A DNA stretch of 64,000 bases, taken from positions 1-64,000 of the forward strand of contig JAAOMT010000518.1 in assembly GCA_016748015.1 (NCBI GenBank), written 5' to 3'. The stretch is from Geosiphon pyriformis uo1. Lineage: Eukaryota; Fungi; Glomeromycota. Position numbers and translations under genes: made by a program. Positions within the stretch are counted from its first letter, which is position 1; each line of letters opens with the position of its first letter. The notes beneath the pieces were generated by a model. That model was not told where the DNA came from. It saw only the letters and a program-made list of their open reading frames with translations, and searched no databases. Positions 10,990 to 25,400 of this stretch are shown here, in pieces.

Positions 10990-13900
10990 GTATGGGTGAT
11001 TATTTATATCTGCCACAACAATCAAAAAAATACTTTGAAGCACACAACAAAAACAATCTAGATTTTATTAAACTCAATTCTTTGTCTTCCTGCTTAATTT
11101 GCTTTTTCATTGAAAAACAATTCAGTAGAAAATTCCAAAACTTTTAGAATTGGTTTCTAAATGAACATTTAGCTAAAACCTATACAGCCTATACAACTTA
11201 TTACTTTGACTAAACTTATTTTGAAGACAACTTTAAAGAAAAAAATAACAGTATTAATCAGCTTTTATATTTCACAACCTTTGAACAACAGCTCTCTGAT
11301 TCTGAATATCTGAATCATTAAATTCATATTTGGATTGCTGCCTATCAGCTAACTAAAACACCCTTTGAAGCAGAAAAAGAAAACTATTAAACTGCTCCTG
11401 TTTTTAACTCCTTCTTAAGTAAACCAGAACATTTTACACAAATAGCTACTCTTGAACTAATGGCTAATGACCCCATACAACAAAATATTCTGATTGCTTT
11501 CCAAGGCATACAAACTGCTTTAAAGTGAAAAAATAACACTTTACTATTTTTATTCAAAGGTAATATACAAGATTCAATTAAATGGTTAGATGACTTTAAA
11601 AAAGCTGCTACAGCCAATCAATATGATAATGAATACAAGTTCCAAATTGTTGGTAGCTACCTCCAAGGCTCTTTTGCTACTTGGTTCTCACAAAAAACTA
11701 ATGCTGGTGCTTACCAAAGAATCATTAAATGAGCACCAACAAATATTGGAGAAAAAAACATCTCTTTCACAACCTGATTTAAAACTAAATTTAGAACTCC
11801 CATTTTAATCTTTAAATGATGCATAAAACTAGAAAAAAGAACCCAAGGTCTTGGTGAAGTAGTAACTGAATATGCCAAAGTCATCAGAAAGTTAATTAAA
11901 AAAATAGACTCTGGAAAAAACTAGACAGAAGAGCAAAAGATTCATTTCTTTACAAAAAAATTGAGAACAGATCTGTCATATGCTTTTTGGTCTCTCCTGG
12001 CCTTAAAAAATAATCCCACAATGGATATGGCTATTAAACTTGCCCAAAGAATAGAAGATAACCAAAGAATACATTTGGGATCCATTCTTCTAGTTTTTGC
12101 TCCTACTTCTGTTATGGCTCTTGCTCTATAAATGGCTGCTATCTCTTTTGTCATCCAAATTCAAAACCCAAATAAACAATTAATAGATAAACTTACAGCA
12201 AATCTTGCTTGACTATTAGAACCATTAGTCCAAGCAGTCAGAGACAACCAGCAACTATAAAGATCTAGATTTGAACCACATTTTAATTAGTTTTAGCAGT
12301 CTCCTTACTAAAAACAGCAAAATCATGGCCCACTTGTGTGCTATCACTGTAGATTAACTAGATATTTCTCAAAAAATTGCAACAATCCTTTTTTGTCACC
12401 TCCAGCTTCTAGAAACAATGATAATTAAAACAACAAAACTATCAACAATAATATCCCTAATCAAAAACTCAATCATGCCAACATCAATTTCTTTGAAGAA
12501 AATTTTCTAGTTGAAGCTACCATTTATCAGTCTTTAAATTGATAAGTGTACCTCCAAAGGATAAGAGTACAAGCCAACCAGAAAAAAACCCCTTTTATGC
12601 CTTTAACCTAACTGATAATGACCATGATATGAACAAATTAACAATTAATACTTCTGACTTAACAAGAAAGAAGAAAAAAGTTAAGGTTGATTTCATTCTA
12701 GATTCCAACAAAGCCTCAACTTCCACTGCTAATAACAATGAACCACTAAAGGCTAAAGTTTTTAAAAATCCTTCCAAGTTAGAACTTCCAGAAATTGTAC
12801 AAAAATCTGGACCCTATTTTGTTGTGAAAAATCTTATGAAAACTCCAGTACATATTACTTTTGGCTGGTTAATAACCCATCTACAGTTTAGAAAAAATCT
12901 TTACAAATCATTGATCCCAAAAAAGAAGACTCCAAAAATCAACAAGTGTTTTTGCCAAGCTGGATTTGCTGACAACTACAATTTTACTTCTCTAATCTGC
13001 AAAGCCCAAGTAGCTGGTTATTTTATTGATCTGATTTTAAACAGTAAATTATCTGTTAGCATTATAGCCAAACATTTTCTTAAAGTAATTAACAGAAAGA
13101 TTAATGAACTTTTAATTAGACTAATGATTAATGTACATGATGACAAAAAAAAAGATCTGTGCATAGCCAAAGTTGTTTCTGTTTGCATTAATAGTATCAG
13201 CATTAAAACTGACATGAAAGTATTTAAAGCAAAAAAGTACACTATAATTGTTGGCAATAAGTGGCTTAAAAAAGCCAAAGCATTACTTGACTATAAACTT
13301 TGTGAGTTAACCATCAGATGTAGTGAAAAGCCTATTGTGGTTAAGTGTTGTCATTGAAAAACCCCTCCAGTATTCAAGCAGAACCAAGAAGAAAAACAAT
13401 CAGATGAATCAAATAATGATAAGAGTAATAAAGAAAAAAATCAAGAAAAACAAGAAAAAATTGCTAAATTTGTCTATACTATTTTCATCAGCAATGACAA
13501 GCTACTGGACAATATTAAAGCTAACAAAAAAAAATCATGATAAATGGCAAGCTAATCTGCTGGCCCTATTATAATATTTTCAGAAGAACCTTTGATAGAA
13601 AATCTGGCAAGAAAGCAAAATACAGCTATTAATAACATGGCTTTTGTGCCAGATGTTGATGCAATAAACCTTTGTATTCCCTTAGTAATAAATGCAAGTT
13701 CTGCCTAATCTATTATAAAGATTGGAAGCCAATTAATTTAATACTCAGAAAAAAACTAAAAGAAGTACAGAAGTCCTTTAAGAATAAACCATCTAAAATC
13801 CAATCACTAGTTGTAGAACAAAGAGAACCTTCTCTTAAAAAAAAAAAGTGGACATTAAAAATCTGTTGGTTAGAAATAGTTAAATTATTTCAAAAGAAGG

Positions 13901-16580
13901 TGATATCTCTGGATAAAGTCATATGATACAACACACTATCACTACCAAAGAAACTCATCTCATCTATTTGAAGTCTTATCAATCCAATCAATGCAATAAT
14001 AAGTTCATCAAAAAAGAAATAAACTGGATGAAAAATCTTAGATTTATACAAAAAACCAAAAGTGAATGGTCTTAATTATAATAATATCCAAGAAAAGTGG
14101 AATCCTATGTTTTTGTGTCAATACCACTAATTAAATACTATTATTATAAGAGACATATATCTACTCTCCAAAATTGATGTAATGCTAAATAAATTCACTA
14201 GTGCTGCTTTCTTCTCAACTATTAACTTAACTGCTGAATTCTGACAAGTAGAGATGGATCCAGAAAGCAGAAAAAAAACTGTTTTCATTACCAAGTATGG
14301 CATCTATGAATTTACAATTATGCTTTTTGGTCTTATTAATGCTCTTCCCACCTTTCAATACCTAATGGACAAAGTATTTGAATCAATAAAAAAAAACTTT
14401 GTTTTGGTCTACTTAGATAACATAATGATCTATTCAAAAACTTAAGATAAATATCTTGAACATTTGCAGAAGGTTTTTGATTTGCTCAGAAATGCTGGCT
14501 TTAAGATCAATCCAATCAAATTTTTCTTTGGACATCAATTCACCCAGTTTTTTGGTCATCTTATTACAAAAGGTAAAATCTTTTTTAATTCAGCTAAGAT
14601 TAAAAAAGTTCAGAACATTAGACAACCAATAAATGTTTTTGAACTATACTCTTTTTTTGGTTTGGCTTCTTACTATCATAAATTTATCAAAAATTTCTTC
14701 AAAATCGTCTTTTTTTTCAATCAGCTACTCAAAAAAAATATCAATTATCATTGGGACACTTATCAACAAAAAGCTTTTAAAATTCTAAAGAAAAAATTTG
14801 TTATTAAATCAATCCTTAAGCAATCTGATCTGGACCAATCTTTTATCCTCCACACTAATACATCTGACTATGAACTTGGTGCTGTTCTCTCACAAAAAGA
14901 TGAAGATAGCAGAAAACATGCTATAGCATATGCCAGTAGATTTTTTATACCAGCAGAAAAGAACTATTCAGTAACTAAACATGAATGCTTAGCAGTAGTT
15001 TGGGCTATTAGTTATTGAAATTAATATCTTCTTGGTGTAAAATTCTTAGTAGTAACAGATCATCAAGCCTTGGTTTGGCTGTGTAATAAAAAAAAGCTAG
15101 AACACAAACAAATAACTCACTAGATACTTCACTTGGATAAATTCAACTATGATATTCAATACTGCAAAGAAGTAAATTATCAAAATGCTGACGCTTTTTC
15201 TAGACTTATCATTCAGTGATAATACAACTTCTTAACTAAACCAACTTAATTATTAGTAATATTCTCATAAATAAACATAATAATAGATTTGGACAACTAC
15301 TTTGTCTTAATGGAATTTTTGGGTAAAAGACAATACTTACCAGAATACACTTAACAGCAAAGAGAACATTTGTACAAACAATCAAATTTCTATTTGATCT
15401 ACCAAAACCAATTATATAAAAGAAACAAAAAAGATTCTGACTGCTTCTAAAGAATTATTAGATTTGAAAAAAGAGAAATTGTAATATATAACATGTACAT
15501 TGACTTATTAATTAGACACTTTAGAAAAACAAAAACAATTCAAAAAACTTTAGCTTACTATTATTGGCCTACCTTGAAAAAGAACATTGCTGAATACATC
15601 AAATCTGTAACATCTGTCAAAGAAGAGACAAACCCAATTACAAAGAAAATATCCATTCAATTTTTGTTAATCAACTATTTAACAGAATTGGTATAGATGT
15701 TGTTAGACCTTTAACAATAACTTTTGATAACAACAGATACATTATCACAGCTACTGACTATCTTACAAAGTGGGTAAAAGCAAAAGCCACTCCAGACCAA
15801 ACAACAGTCTCAATAGCCAATTTTATTTATGAAGAGATTATTTACTGTTATGGCTGCCCTAAAGAACTTTTATTTAATAGAGAAAGAGTTTTTCTCAGTA
15901 CACTAGTTAAAAAACTTTGTAGAAAAATGGAAATATGTCATAAACTTTTTTTTTCTTATCACTCTCAAACAAATGGCTTAATAGAACATTTCAATAGAAC
16001 ACTATGTGAAACCTTAGCCAAAACCAGTGAAGAAACAAACTTATGGAACAAAGTACTGTTTTTAGCTTTGTTTGCTTATAGAACTGTGAATTATGACATA
16101 ACAAGTTATGAACCTTTTTATCTACTCTATGGATGCATGGCAACACTACTAATAGAAACTGACATTGAAACAATACCCTTTGAAGAGATCACAATAGGAA
16201 ATTACAAAGACATTTTGCAAAAAAGACTTGGTATCATTTTTGACTCCTTGGTAGAAGCATGAATAATTGTTTTTAAAAAGATAAAACAGTTCCAAAAAAA
16301 GCTTAAGAAAAAAAAATTTATAAAACACTTTTTTTAAGTGTTGGTAACTTGGTATTAGAATACTGTTCAGACAGAAACAATGTCTATGATGATAAATTTT
16401 CTAGCCAGTAGAAAGAACTTTTTATAGTTAACAAAGTTTTGAACAATGGTTCTTATATTCTTTAAGATCAATCTGAAACAATTTTTAATAATTATTCTGT
16501 TCATGGTACATGACTCAAAAAATATCATAAATAACCAAATTAGTTGCTTGTTGTAGTAATATCGACTCAAATAATTAGCA
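10990..16580 (+). pseudogene. Gypsy gag-pol (retrotransposon gag, zinc knuckle, protease, RT, RNase H, integrase), disrupted
   Basis: Eroded zinc knuckle CYHCRLTRYFSKNC (about 12340); LILNSK from LILDSG (protease, about 13030); VYLDNI (RT); HTNTSDYELGAVL and HECLAVVWAI (RNase H); YHSQTNGLIEHFNRTL (integrase); GPY/F-like module at about 16405-16470. Confidence 0.9.
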
Positions 16581-16635
16581 AAAATTAAGTATAAATAAAT
16601 ACACCATTCCCAAAACAGAGATATTTTCAATCAAT

Positions 16636-17260
16636 ATGAACAATTATTTTCTAAATCAAAACATTCAAAATGCCTTCTATATTCTCCATAAGTATTGGAT
16701 CAAAAACTATTCAAATACTACTCTGATCATTGGAAAACAAACCACTATAACTGATAACAATAAAACACATACTGTTATTAGACCAAAGAAAACCATTACC
16801 AAAAGAGAAAAAATTGGTAGCAAAATAGATAAATATCTGTTAGAAAGTATAACAGCAGCTATACTCTTACCTTCTAACACAATTGGAAAAACAATCCAAA
16901 AAATCTTGTCCATAGACAAAAATTTGTCATATAGAAGACAATTAGAACTCTATAGTCACTTTAGAGAAATCATAGAAAATATAAAACTCATAAAAAAAAC
17001 AACTTCAGAGATACAGACAGAAATTTTGGGTATTATATAGTTAAATATCTCAAGAGTTTTAACTATTGCTAAAAGAGCCAAAACTCTAATACAAAGATTT
17101 GGTCTCTTGTATACAAAACTTATTTTACTTCAAGTATTATATATTCTATTCACAAAAAACTTCAACAAACTAGTTAGTTTTGAGTTAAATAAAACTCTTC
17201 AAATAGATTACACTATAAATAGCTTGATTTCACCAAAGCTCAATCTTTTTGAAGAGGATA
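16636..17260 (+). pseudogene. Additional sense ORF (about 208 codons, one internal stop) between integrase and the 3' LTR
   Basis: Track ORFs 16636-17040 and 17107-17292 share one frame, separated by a single TAG. The frame runs into the PPT/LTR. Confidence 0.65.
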
Positions 17261-17261
17261 A

Positions 17262-17974
17262 TATTACAGTTAAAACCTATAATTTTTATTAATTATTATA
17301 TGTATTAGTCACTGATGTTATATAATTAGCCACTCTATTTTTAGATAGTGATTATTGACCTGATCAATGACCTGACTGTTAATCTAATCATTGATCTGAT
17401 CATTAACTTAATTATTAATCTAGTCATTGACCTAATCATTGACTATTTTTGATAGCTATATAAGTAATGAATCTCTTAGCTGTAGAAAAGCATATAAGAA
17501 TAAAAGAAATAAAAGAAATAAAATAACAACTTTATCTCAATCCTTCTCTTATTACTAATTTTTTTTTCCTTACCTTCAAGTATTTGAACATTTTGGAATA
17601 AAAGATTACTTGTTAGCATTTACCTATTCTTTTCTGAAATGTATAATTACAATATTTGAAGATTATTGAATAAAATATGACTGAAAAGTACATTTAATAC
17701 TTAATATTAAATTCTAAGAGTGCCAATATGAGGCATAGAATTATACCAGTATGTAATTATTTGTTGACAGTACAGACTATTTTTTTATCTTTAGATTCCC
17801 CAGTTATCTTTTAAAAAGTATAGTAACTGAAATATTTTATAAGACTGATCTCACATATTGAATCCATACTTATTCAATTTACTCTTTGAAGTTAAATTCT
17901 CTTTGATTACTTTTATTACCTTACAATCTTGTTTTTTCTTGCTATTTATTAGCTTGTTACTCCAACTCATAACA
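17262..17974 (+). repeat. 3' LTR (713 bp), preceded by PPT GAAGAGGATAA (17251-17261)
   Basis: TATTACAG...CATAACA (TG eroded to TA). Differs from the 5' LTR mostly by transitions and one extra 12-bp unit. Confidence 0.93.
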
Positions 17975-20900
17975 ATATTATTAATAGATATAAAATCAAA
18001 TTAGATTCAAAAAAATTAGTGCTATTAAATATTTTAAGGTTTTTAAAATACTACAAAATTAATATTTTATTACAAAAAATTTTTAAATTTGTTAAATTTT
18101 AATAAATTGCAAACCAATAAAATATTTTTAATATTTTCAAAAAACAATTAAAAATCATTTTAATCTTAACTTACTTAAATTTTAACAAAATATTTTAACT
18201 AGTTATTAATGTTTTATATATAGTTTTTAGTACTATTTTATCTTAATTAAACAATAATAACAATAAAAAAATAATTATTTACATTAATAGAATATTGAAA
18301 TTAGCAAAATAAAATTACTTTGTTATAGAATTAAAAACAGCCATTGTAATTTGGGCTCTTATCTATTTTAATTTATATTTTAAGTTCAAAAAATATTTAC
18401 AGTTTTAAAAATTTGGTTTTTAAGCAAAAAAATTACTTACAATATTAAATAAAACAATATTTTATATATATAATTAAAATTACAAAAATTCAAACAATTT
18501 ATTTAATTAATTTAAAAATATTAGAATATTATTTTTGGTTTTATATGTAAAAAATATTTTTAATATATTAAATTTTGTAATAACTGTTAAAAAAAAGTTT
18601 ATTTTACAAAATTTTTAAATTCAATTAAAATTAAAAAATCTTAATTTTTATCATACTATCTACAAATAAATAGATTTGTAAAATGGTTTAATAAAATATT
18701 TTGTAAATTATTAGCTAGAATCTTAATTAATTTTAAGCAAAAATAAGATATTTTTATTTTATTAATATTATTAGTTTATAAAACACTAAAACAAAACACA
18801 ACAAAACATATTTTAGTTAATCTAATTTATGAAAAAACAACAAGATTACTAGTTAGTTTTTTAGTAAAAATTTATTTAATTTAGTTAATTTCAAAAAAAA
18901 AATTATAAGAAATCATTTAATAAAAAGCTTATATATTTTTTAACACTTTAAAATAATAATAATAAAGTGTAACTATTTATATTAAATATTCTTAAGCTTA
19001 ATAATAAAAAATAGCATAACAATAAATTATTATTTGTTACTAATAAGTTTAATGTTAAAAACAAAGTTTTTTTTATATAGAATTAAGATTAAAAAACAAT
19101 AAAATGAAAATTTTAATTATAAATAAAATAAATTATTTTATTTATATAAAATTTTAAAAAAATATTATACAAATTAAGACTTAATAGTAAAGTTTTAAAA
19201 AAGTTGTATATATTAACAGACTGAAATATTATCATTTAAAAACCAATTTTAAGTTTTTAATTTTACAGATTAGTATATAATTTTTTTTAATTATTCAAAA
19301 ATATTTTTTAAGACTTAAATTGATAATTATTATTAAACAACTTTCAAACTTAAATATTTAAAATTCAATTATTTTATATTTTATTTTTTATAATTTAAAG
19401 ATAGCAGAAACAAAAACATAAAAAAAAATTACATAAAAACCCAATATAAAACTCTTATATTAAAAAATAATAATAAATAATATATATTAAATTTATTTTT
19501 ATCACAAATTTATTTTTATTATAATTATTTTTCAAAACATTTAACAAATATTTTAAAACCTTAAAAAACCTTTCTAAATTATTTATAACAATTATTTGAA
19601 AACAAATTAATTATATTTAAACAAAACTTATTATAGTTTTAATAATAAATACATAAAATTATTACTATATAAAAGAAAAACAAAAAGTTATTCTGAAGTT
19701 TATTTATTAGAACTTTTAAAACAAGCTTTAAGAAAAAATATATTGTTTGTTTTTATTGATATATTTCCAAATACTACAATTTAACAAAAATTTCAATAGT
19801 GTTTTAATAAACAGAACAATAAATATTCTTTAATTTATAAATATTTTTGTATTAAAAAAATATTTTATAAAAGAAAACTGAAACTTAAAACAACAAATTT
19901 TATACTAAAAACTATATAAAAGCAAATATACAATAAATTTAAAACAACAGCTAGACCAATAAACATTTGTTATAAAATTAAAGCAGTTTTAAAACTTTAT
20001 AATCTATTTTATATCTGTAAAAATGTTTTACAAAACTTAATTTTACAACTTTTAAAGCTTTAATATATTAAAAAACTTACAAAACTGAAATTTTAACAAT
20101 TTTCAAACCAAATTATTTTAATAATTTTAGATTACTATTTAAAAATTACAAAATAGTACTTAGAATTCAATTTTAAAGAAAAAATTATTTTACTAATAAA
20201 AATTTGAACTATTAATTAACATAAAATTACTCTTATAATTTATATTATTAATTAACATATATTATTATTTTAAATTATTACTTATTATATTACTAAATTA
20301 TTAAGTATTATTATTAATTAATAATTTGATTTATACAAAACACAAACTAATTAATTTGTAATAATTAGATTATACAATATACTAAATTATATAATATTTA
20401 AAAATTTGTCAAAATATTTTAGTAATTTAACAAAATATTTAATAGTATAGTAAAATAATTATAATTTACAAAAATGATTTGTAGTTTACCAAAATAAATC
20501 TTTAAATTTGCAAAATATTAGAAAAATAAAAAATATTAGATTATAAAATAGTATTATAACAAATTGTATAAAAAAAAGCTTTTTCTTTTAAAAAAAGTAT
20601 TTTAACTAAAATTATTTTTTTTAGTATTAATTTTGGTTCAGAAAACTATTATAAATTTATTCAAATAAAAATTTATCTTGAAAACCCAAAATTTTTAATC
20701 ATTATTATTTCGAAATTACCAAAAATTAAAATTAATATTTTGAAATTAATTAACTATCAATTTTAGTAATTATTAGTACTTCTAAGCTTAAACTTTTGAG
20801 ATCATATTTTTATTTTTATTTTTTTAATTTTTTTTAGTTTTTTTATATTATTAATTAATCTACAGTCAAAATATTTTTTAAAAGAATTGACTTTTATAGC

Positions 20901-23900
20901 AAAATAACTACACATTATTAAGAAGCTTACAAATAAAATATTTTTGTAAAAAAGTTGCATAAAATTGGCTATTCTATTATAAATTCAATAATAAAATATA
21001 TTCTAAAGTATAGAAAAATACTTTGAAAAATAAATTAGCTTATTAAAAGTTTATTAATTTTTATTAACAAAAAAGTATATAACTTAATACAATAAATTTG
21101 TAAACAATTTAATATCAAAAAATTTTTATTATTATCTTATTATTTATAAACAAATGAACTTATAAAACGTTTTAACAGAATACTTTGTGAATTATTAACT
21201 AAAGTTTCAATTAATTTTAAGTAAAAATAGGATATTTTTATTTTATTAATGTTACTAATATATTAAACACAAAAAAAAATACAACAAAACATATATTATT
21301 TAACTTAACTTATAAAAAACAGCAATATTATTAATTAATTTTACAGTAAAAATTTATTTAGTTTAATCAATTACAGAAAAAAACTTTCAAAAAACATTTT
21401 AGTAAAAAATTTACATATTATTTAATACTTTAAAAAAAAAACAACAAATTACAACTACTTATATAGAATATTTTTAAACTTAACAAAAAATAACTTAACA
21501 ACAAACTGTTATTAATTACTAAATTTAAAGTTAAAAACAAAGTTTACTTATATAAAACTAAGACTAAAAATCAATAAAATAGACTATTTTATTTAAATAT
21601 AATTTTAAAAAATAGATTATACAAATTAAAATTTGATAATAAAGTTTTAAAAAAAGTCATACATAATAAAAACCTAAACACTACTATTTAAAACCCAATT
21701 TCGAATCTTTAATTTTACAAATTAGTATACAATTTTTCTTAATTAATTCTAAAGATATTTTTTGAAACTTAAAACTAATAGTTATTATTAAATAATTTTT
21801 AAAATAAAACAATTAAAATTTAATTATCTTAAAATTATTTTTTATAATTTATAGATAATAAAAACAATTACATAAAAACTCAACAACAAAAATAATTTAA
21901 ATTTTATATACCAAAATAATTTTATTTTCTTTTTATACTTTAAAATTTTTTTAATAACTATTTTCTAAAACATTTAACAAATATTTTAAAAACTAATGTT
22001 AACTTTAAAAACTCTTCAAATTATTCATAACAATTACAAAAAAACAAATTAATTACATTCAAATAGAATTTATTACAATTTTAATAATAAATATCCAAAA
22101 TTATTATTTTTATAAAAAAAATACAAGAAGTTATTTTAAAGTTTACTTATTAGAACTTTTAAAGCAAGCTTTAAAAAAAACTTATTATTTGTTTTTATTA
22201 ATATTTTTCTTAAATATTACAATTTAACAAAAATTCTAATAGTGTTTTAATAAATAAAACAATAAATATTTTTATATTAAAAAAATATTACATTAAAAAA
22301 AACTAAAACTCAAAACAACAAATTTCACATTAAAAGTTATTTAAAAACAAATACATAATAAATTCAAAACAATAATTAAACTAATAAACATTTATTATAA
22401 AATTAAAGCAGCTTTTAGATTCTATAATTTGTTTAATACTTGTAAAAACATTTTACAAAATTTAATTATACAATTTTTGAAGATTTAATATATTAAAAAG
22501 CTTATAAAACTAAAATTTTAACAATTTTAAACCAAATTACTTCAATAATTTTGGTTTACTATCTGGAATTACAAATAATATTTGGATTTTAATAAAGCTT
22601 AATCTTAAGAAAAAAATTATATTACTTATAGTAATTCAAGCTATTAATTAGCATATATTATTATTTTAAATTATCACTTATTATTATTTAATTAATAATC
22701 CAATTTATACAAAACATAAATAAAAATAATTATAATAATTAAATCTTATAGTATATCAAATTATGTAACAGTTAAAAATTTACTAAAATATTTAACAATT
22801 TATTAAAATAGTCTATAGTTACAGAAATAACTTGTAGTTTAATAAAATATATCTTTAATTAATTAAAATATTAAAAAAAATACTGAATTATAAAATAATG
22901 CTATAATAAATTATATAAAAAAAAAGCTATTTTTTAAAAAAAAAATTTTAATTAGAGACAACAATTAGTTATTACAACTTAATTTAATAAAAACTTATTT
23001 TAAAAACCCAAATTTTTAATTATTACTGTTTTAATAATAAATTAAAACCAAAACTAACATTTTAAAATTAATTAATTACCAATCTTAGTAATTGTTAATG
23101 CTTTTAAATTTGAATTAAAACCAATTTTTTTGAACATATATATTTTTTTCTTTATTTTTTAATTTTTTTATATTATTGAATAGCTTATAATTAAAATTTT
23201 CTGTAAAAAAATTGACTTTTATAGCAAGATAACTATATATATTTAAAAGCTTATAAATAAGATATTTTTATAAAAGAATTAATTTTTATTACAAAATATT
23301 TAAACAAAATAATTGGCATAAAATTGGTTATTTTATTATAAGTCTTATTAGTATATATTGTTTAAAATATAAAAAAATACTTTGAAAAAGAAATTAGCTT
23401 ATTAAAAATTTTTTAATTTTTATTAACAACAAAATTAGCAATAAAATAGCATTAACAACAACAAAAAAAAAGAATAAAAAACTTTTTATAATAATGAATA
23501 ATTATTTTTTTAACACAAAAACCCAAGATTATTTTATAATATATTATCAAAATAATTTAATTTATATTAAACTTAATTTTTTTTATTTTGTTTTATTTAT
23601 TTTTAGTTAAAAAACAGTCTAGTCAAGAATTTCAAAATTTTTGGAATTGGTTTTTAATTAAATATTTAGCTAAAATTTATTCAATATATATTGTTTATTT
23701 TTTAATCAAACATATTTTAAAGAAAAATTTAAAGCCAAAAATAATTACATCAAGTAATTAATATTTTTAATTATTTTTAGTCAACTATTTTTCGAATTTA
23801 AAATCTTAAATTAATAAATCTATAATTGAATAATTATATATTAACTAATTGAAATCATTTTAGAAATAAAAAATAAAAAAAGCTATTAAATAATCTTTGT

Positions 23901-25400
23901 TTTTAATTTTTTTTAAGTAATTTAGATTTTTTATTTTATATATTAACACTTATTATAATCCAAAATAAAACAAATATATTATTAGTCTTTTAAAGTATTC
24001 AGATTATTCTAAGTTATTAAAATATAAATTTTATATCTTTGTTTTAAGAAAACTTTTAAGACCTTATTAAATAGTTCAAAGACTTTGAAAAAACTGTTAC
24101 AGCAAATTAATATAGCAATAATTACAAATTTTAAATAGTTAAAAATATCTTTAAAAATTTTCTGCTGTCTGATTTATATAAAAAACTGTTAAAAAAGCTG
24201 CTTAACAAATTATTTAATAGTTATTAAAAAATACCAATTAAAATACAACTTTTTTTATTACCAAATTCAAAAAAAAATTTGTATTGTAATATTGATATTC
24301 AAGTAAAGAATAAAACTAGAAAAAAAAATGCAAGACTTAAAAAAATTAAATAAAAAAACAAAAAATTTATTTTTTTTACTAAAAACTTAAAAACAGATTT
24401 ATCTTATGTTTTATGGTTTTTTTTTGTTATTAAAAATAATTTTATTTTGAATTTAACAATAAAAATAGTCTAAAAAACAAAAAACAATTAATAAATATAT
24501 TTAAAAAATATATTTTTTTTAATAACTGCTTTTATTTTGGATTTTTCTTTCCAAATAACTGCTATATTATTTACAACTTATATTTAAAACCTTAATAAAC
24601 AATTAATAAATAGATTAACAACAAATTTTGCTAGATTTTTCGAATTATTAGCCAGATTAATACAAGAAAACCAAAGATCTTTAAGACTTAATATTAGTTT
24701 TATTATAATTAATTTTAACAGTCTTAATATAATCCAAGATCTAAAAACCAAGATTTTTTAATTTGTTATTAATATAAAAATACTGGCCATATAGCTTAAA
24801 ATTGTAATAATCTTTTAATGTTCTTGCCAAATTTAAGAAATAATAATTAATTAAACAATAAAACTAATAATAATTAAGCTTTCAATCCAAATACTAATCA
24901 GGTCTATATAAACTTCTTTGAAAAAAATTCCCTAATTGAATTCACAGAATATCAGTTTTTAAATTAGTAAATACACTTTTTAAGAATAAAAATACAAGCC
25001 AAGAAGAAAAAAATTTCTTGTTTAATTTTAATTTAATTAATAATAATATAAAATTAGAAAAAATAGTAATAAGTTATCAAGTCACATAAAATCCAAGAAA
25101 CAGAAAATAAATATTGATTTGAACTTCAATGCAATTATTTCAACATTTAACAACAAAAATAAAGCTCTAAAGTTAAAAGTATTTAAAAATCTGCCAAAGT
25201 TAAAACCACCAAAAATTGTTCAAAAATCAAGCCCTTATTTAGTAGTCAAAGATCTAATAGAAACATTTGTTTATATTATATTTAGTTAGCTTATGACTCA
25301 TTCACAATTCCGAAAAAATTTTCAAAAATTATTGATATTCAAAAAAAAACAATTTAAGACAAACAAACATCTTTAACAAATAACATTAATTCTTAATAAT
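17975..25400 (+). mobile_element. Tandem, extremely AT-eroded Gypsy remnants: rest of host pol + LTR, a duplicated integrase-to-LTR block, then a new gag
   Basis: About 18600-21070 and about 21090-23430 are collinear (period about 2.4-2.5 kb; integrase motif at about 18655 and about 21140). About 23600-25380 aligns with gag at 11110-12960. Boundaries are approximate. Confidence 0.75.

Larger units (their letters stand above)
10239..17974 (+). mobile_element. Full-length degenerate Ty3/Gypsy LTR retrotransposon (7.7 kb)
   Basis: Two LTRs, 4-bp TSD ATAT (10235-10238 and 17975-17978), PBS, PPT and gag-PR-RT-RH-IN order; many stop codons. Confidence 0.95.

Noticed and set aside
16636-17260. env gene
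   Set aside because: No signal peptide, furin site or transmembrane anchor is evident; kept only as an unknown ORF.
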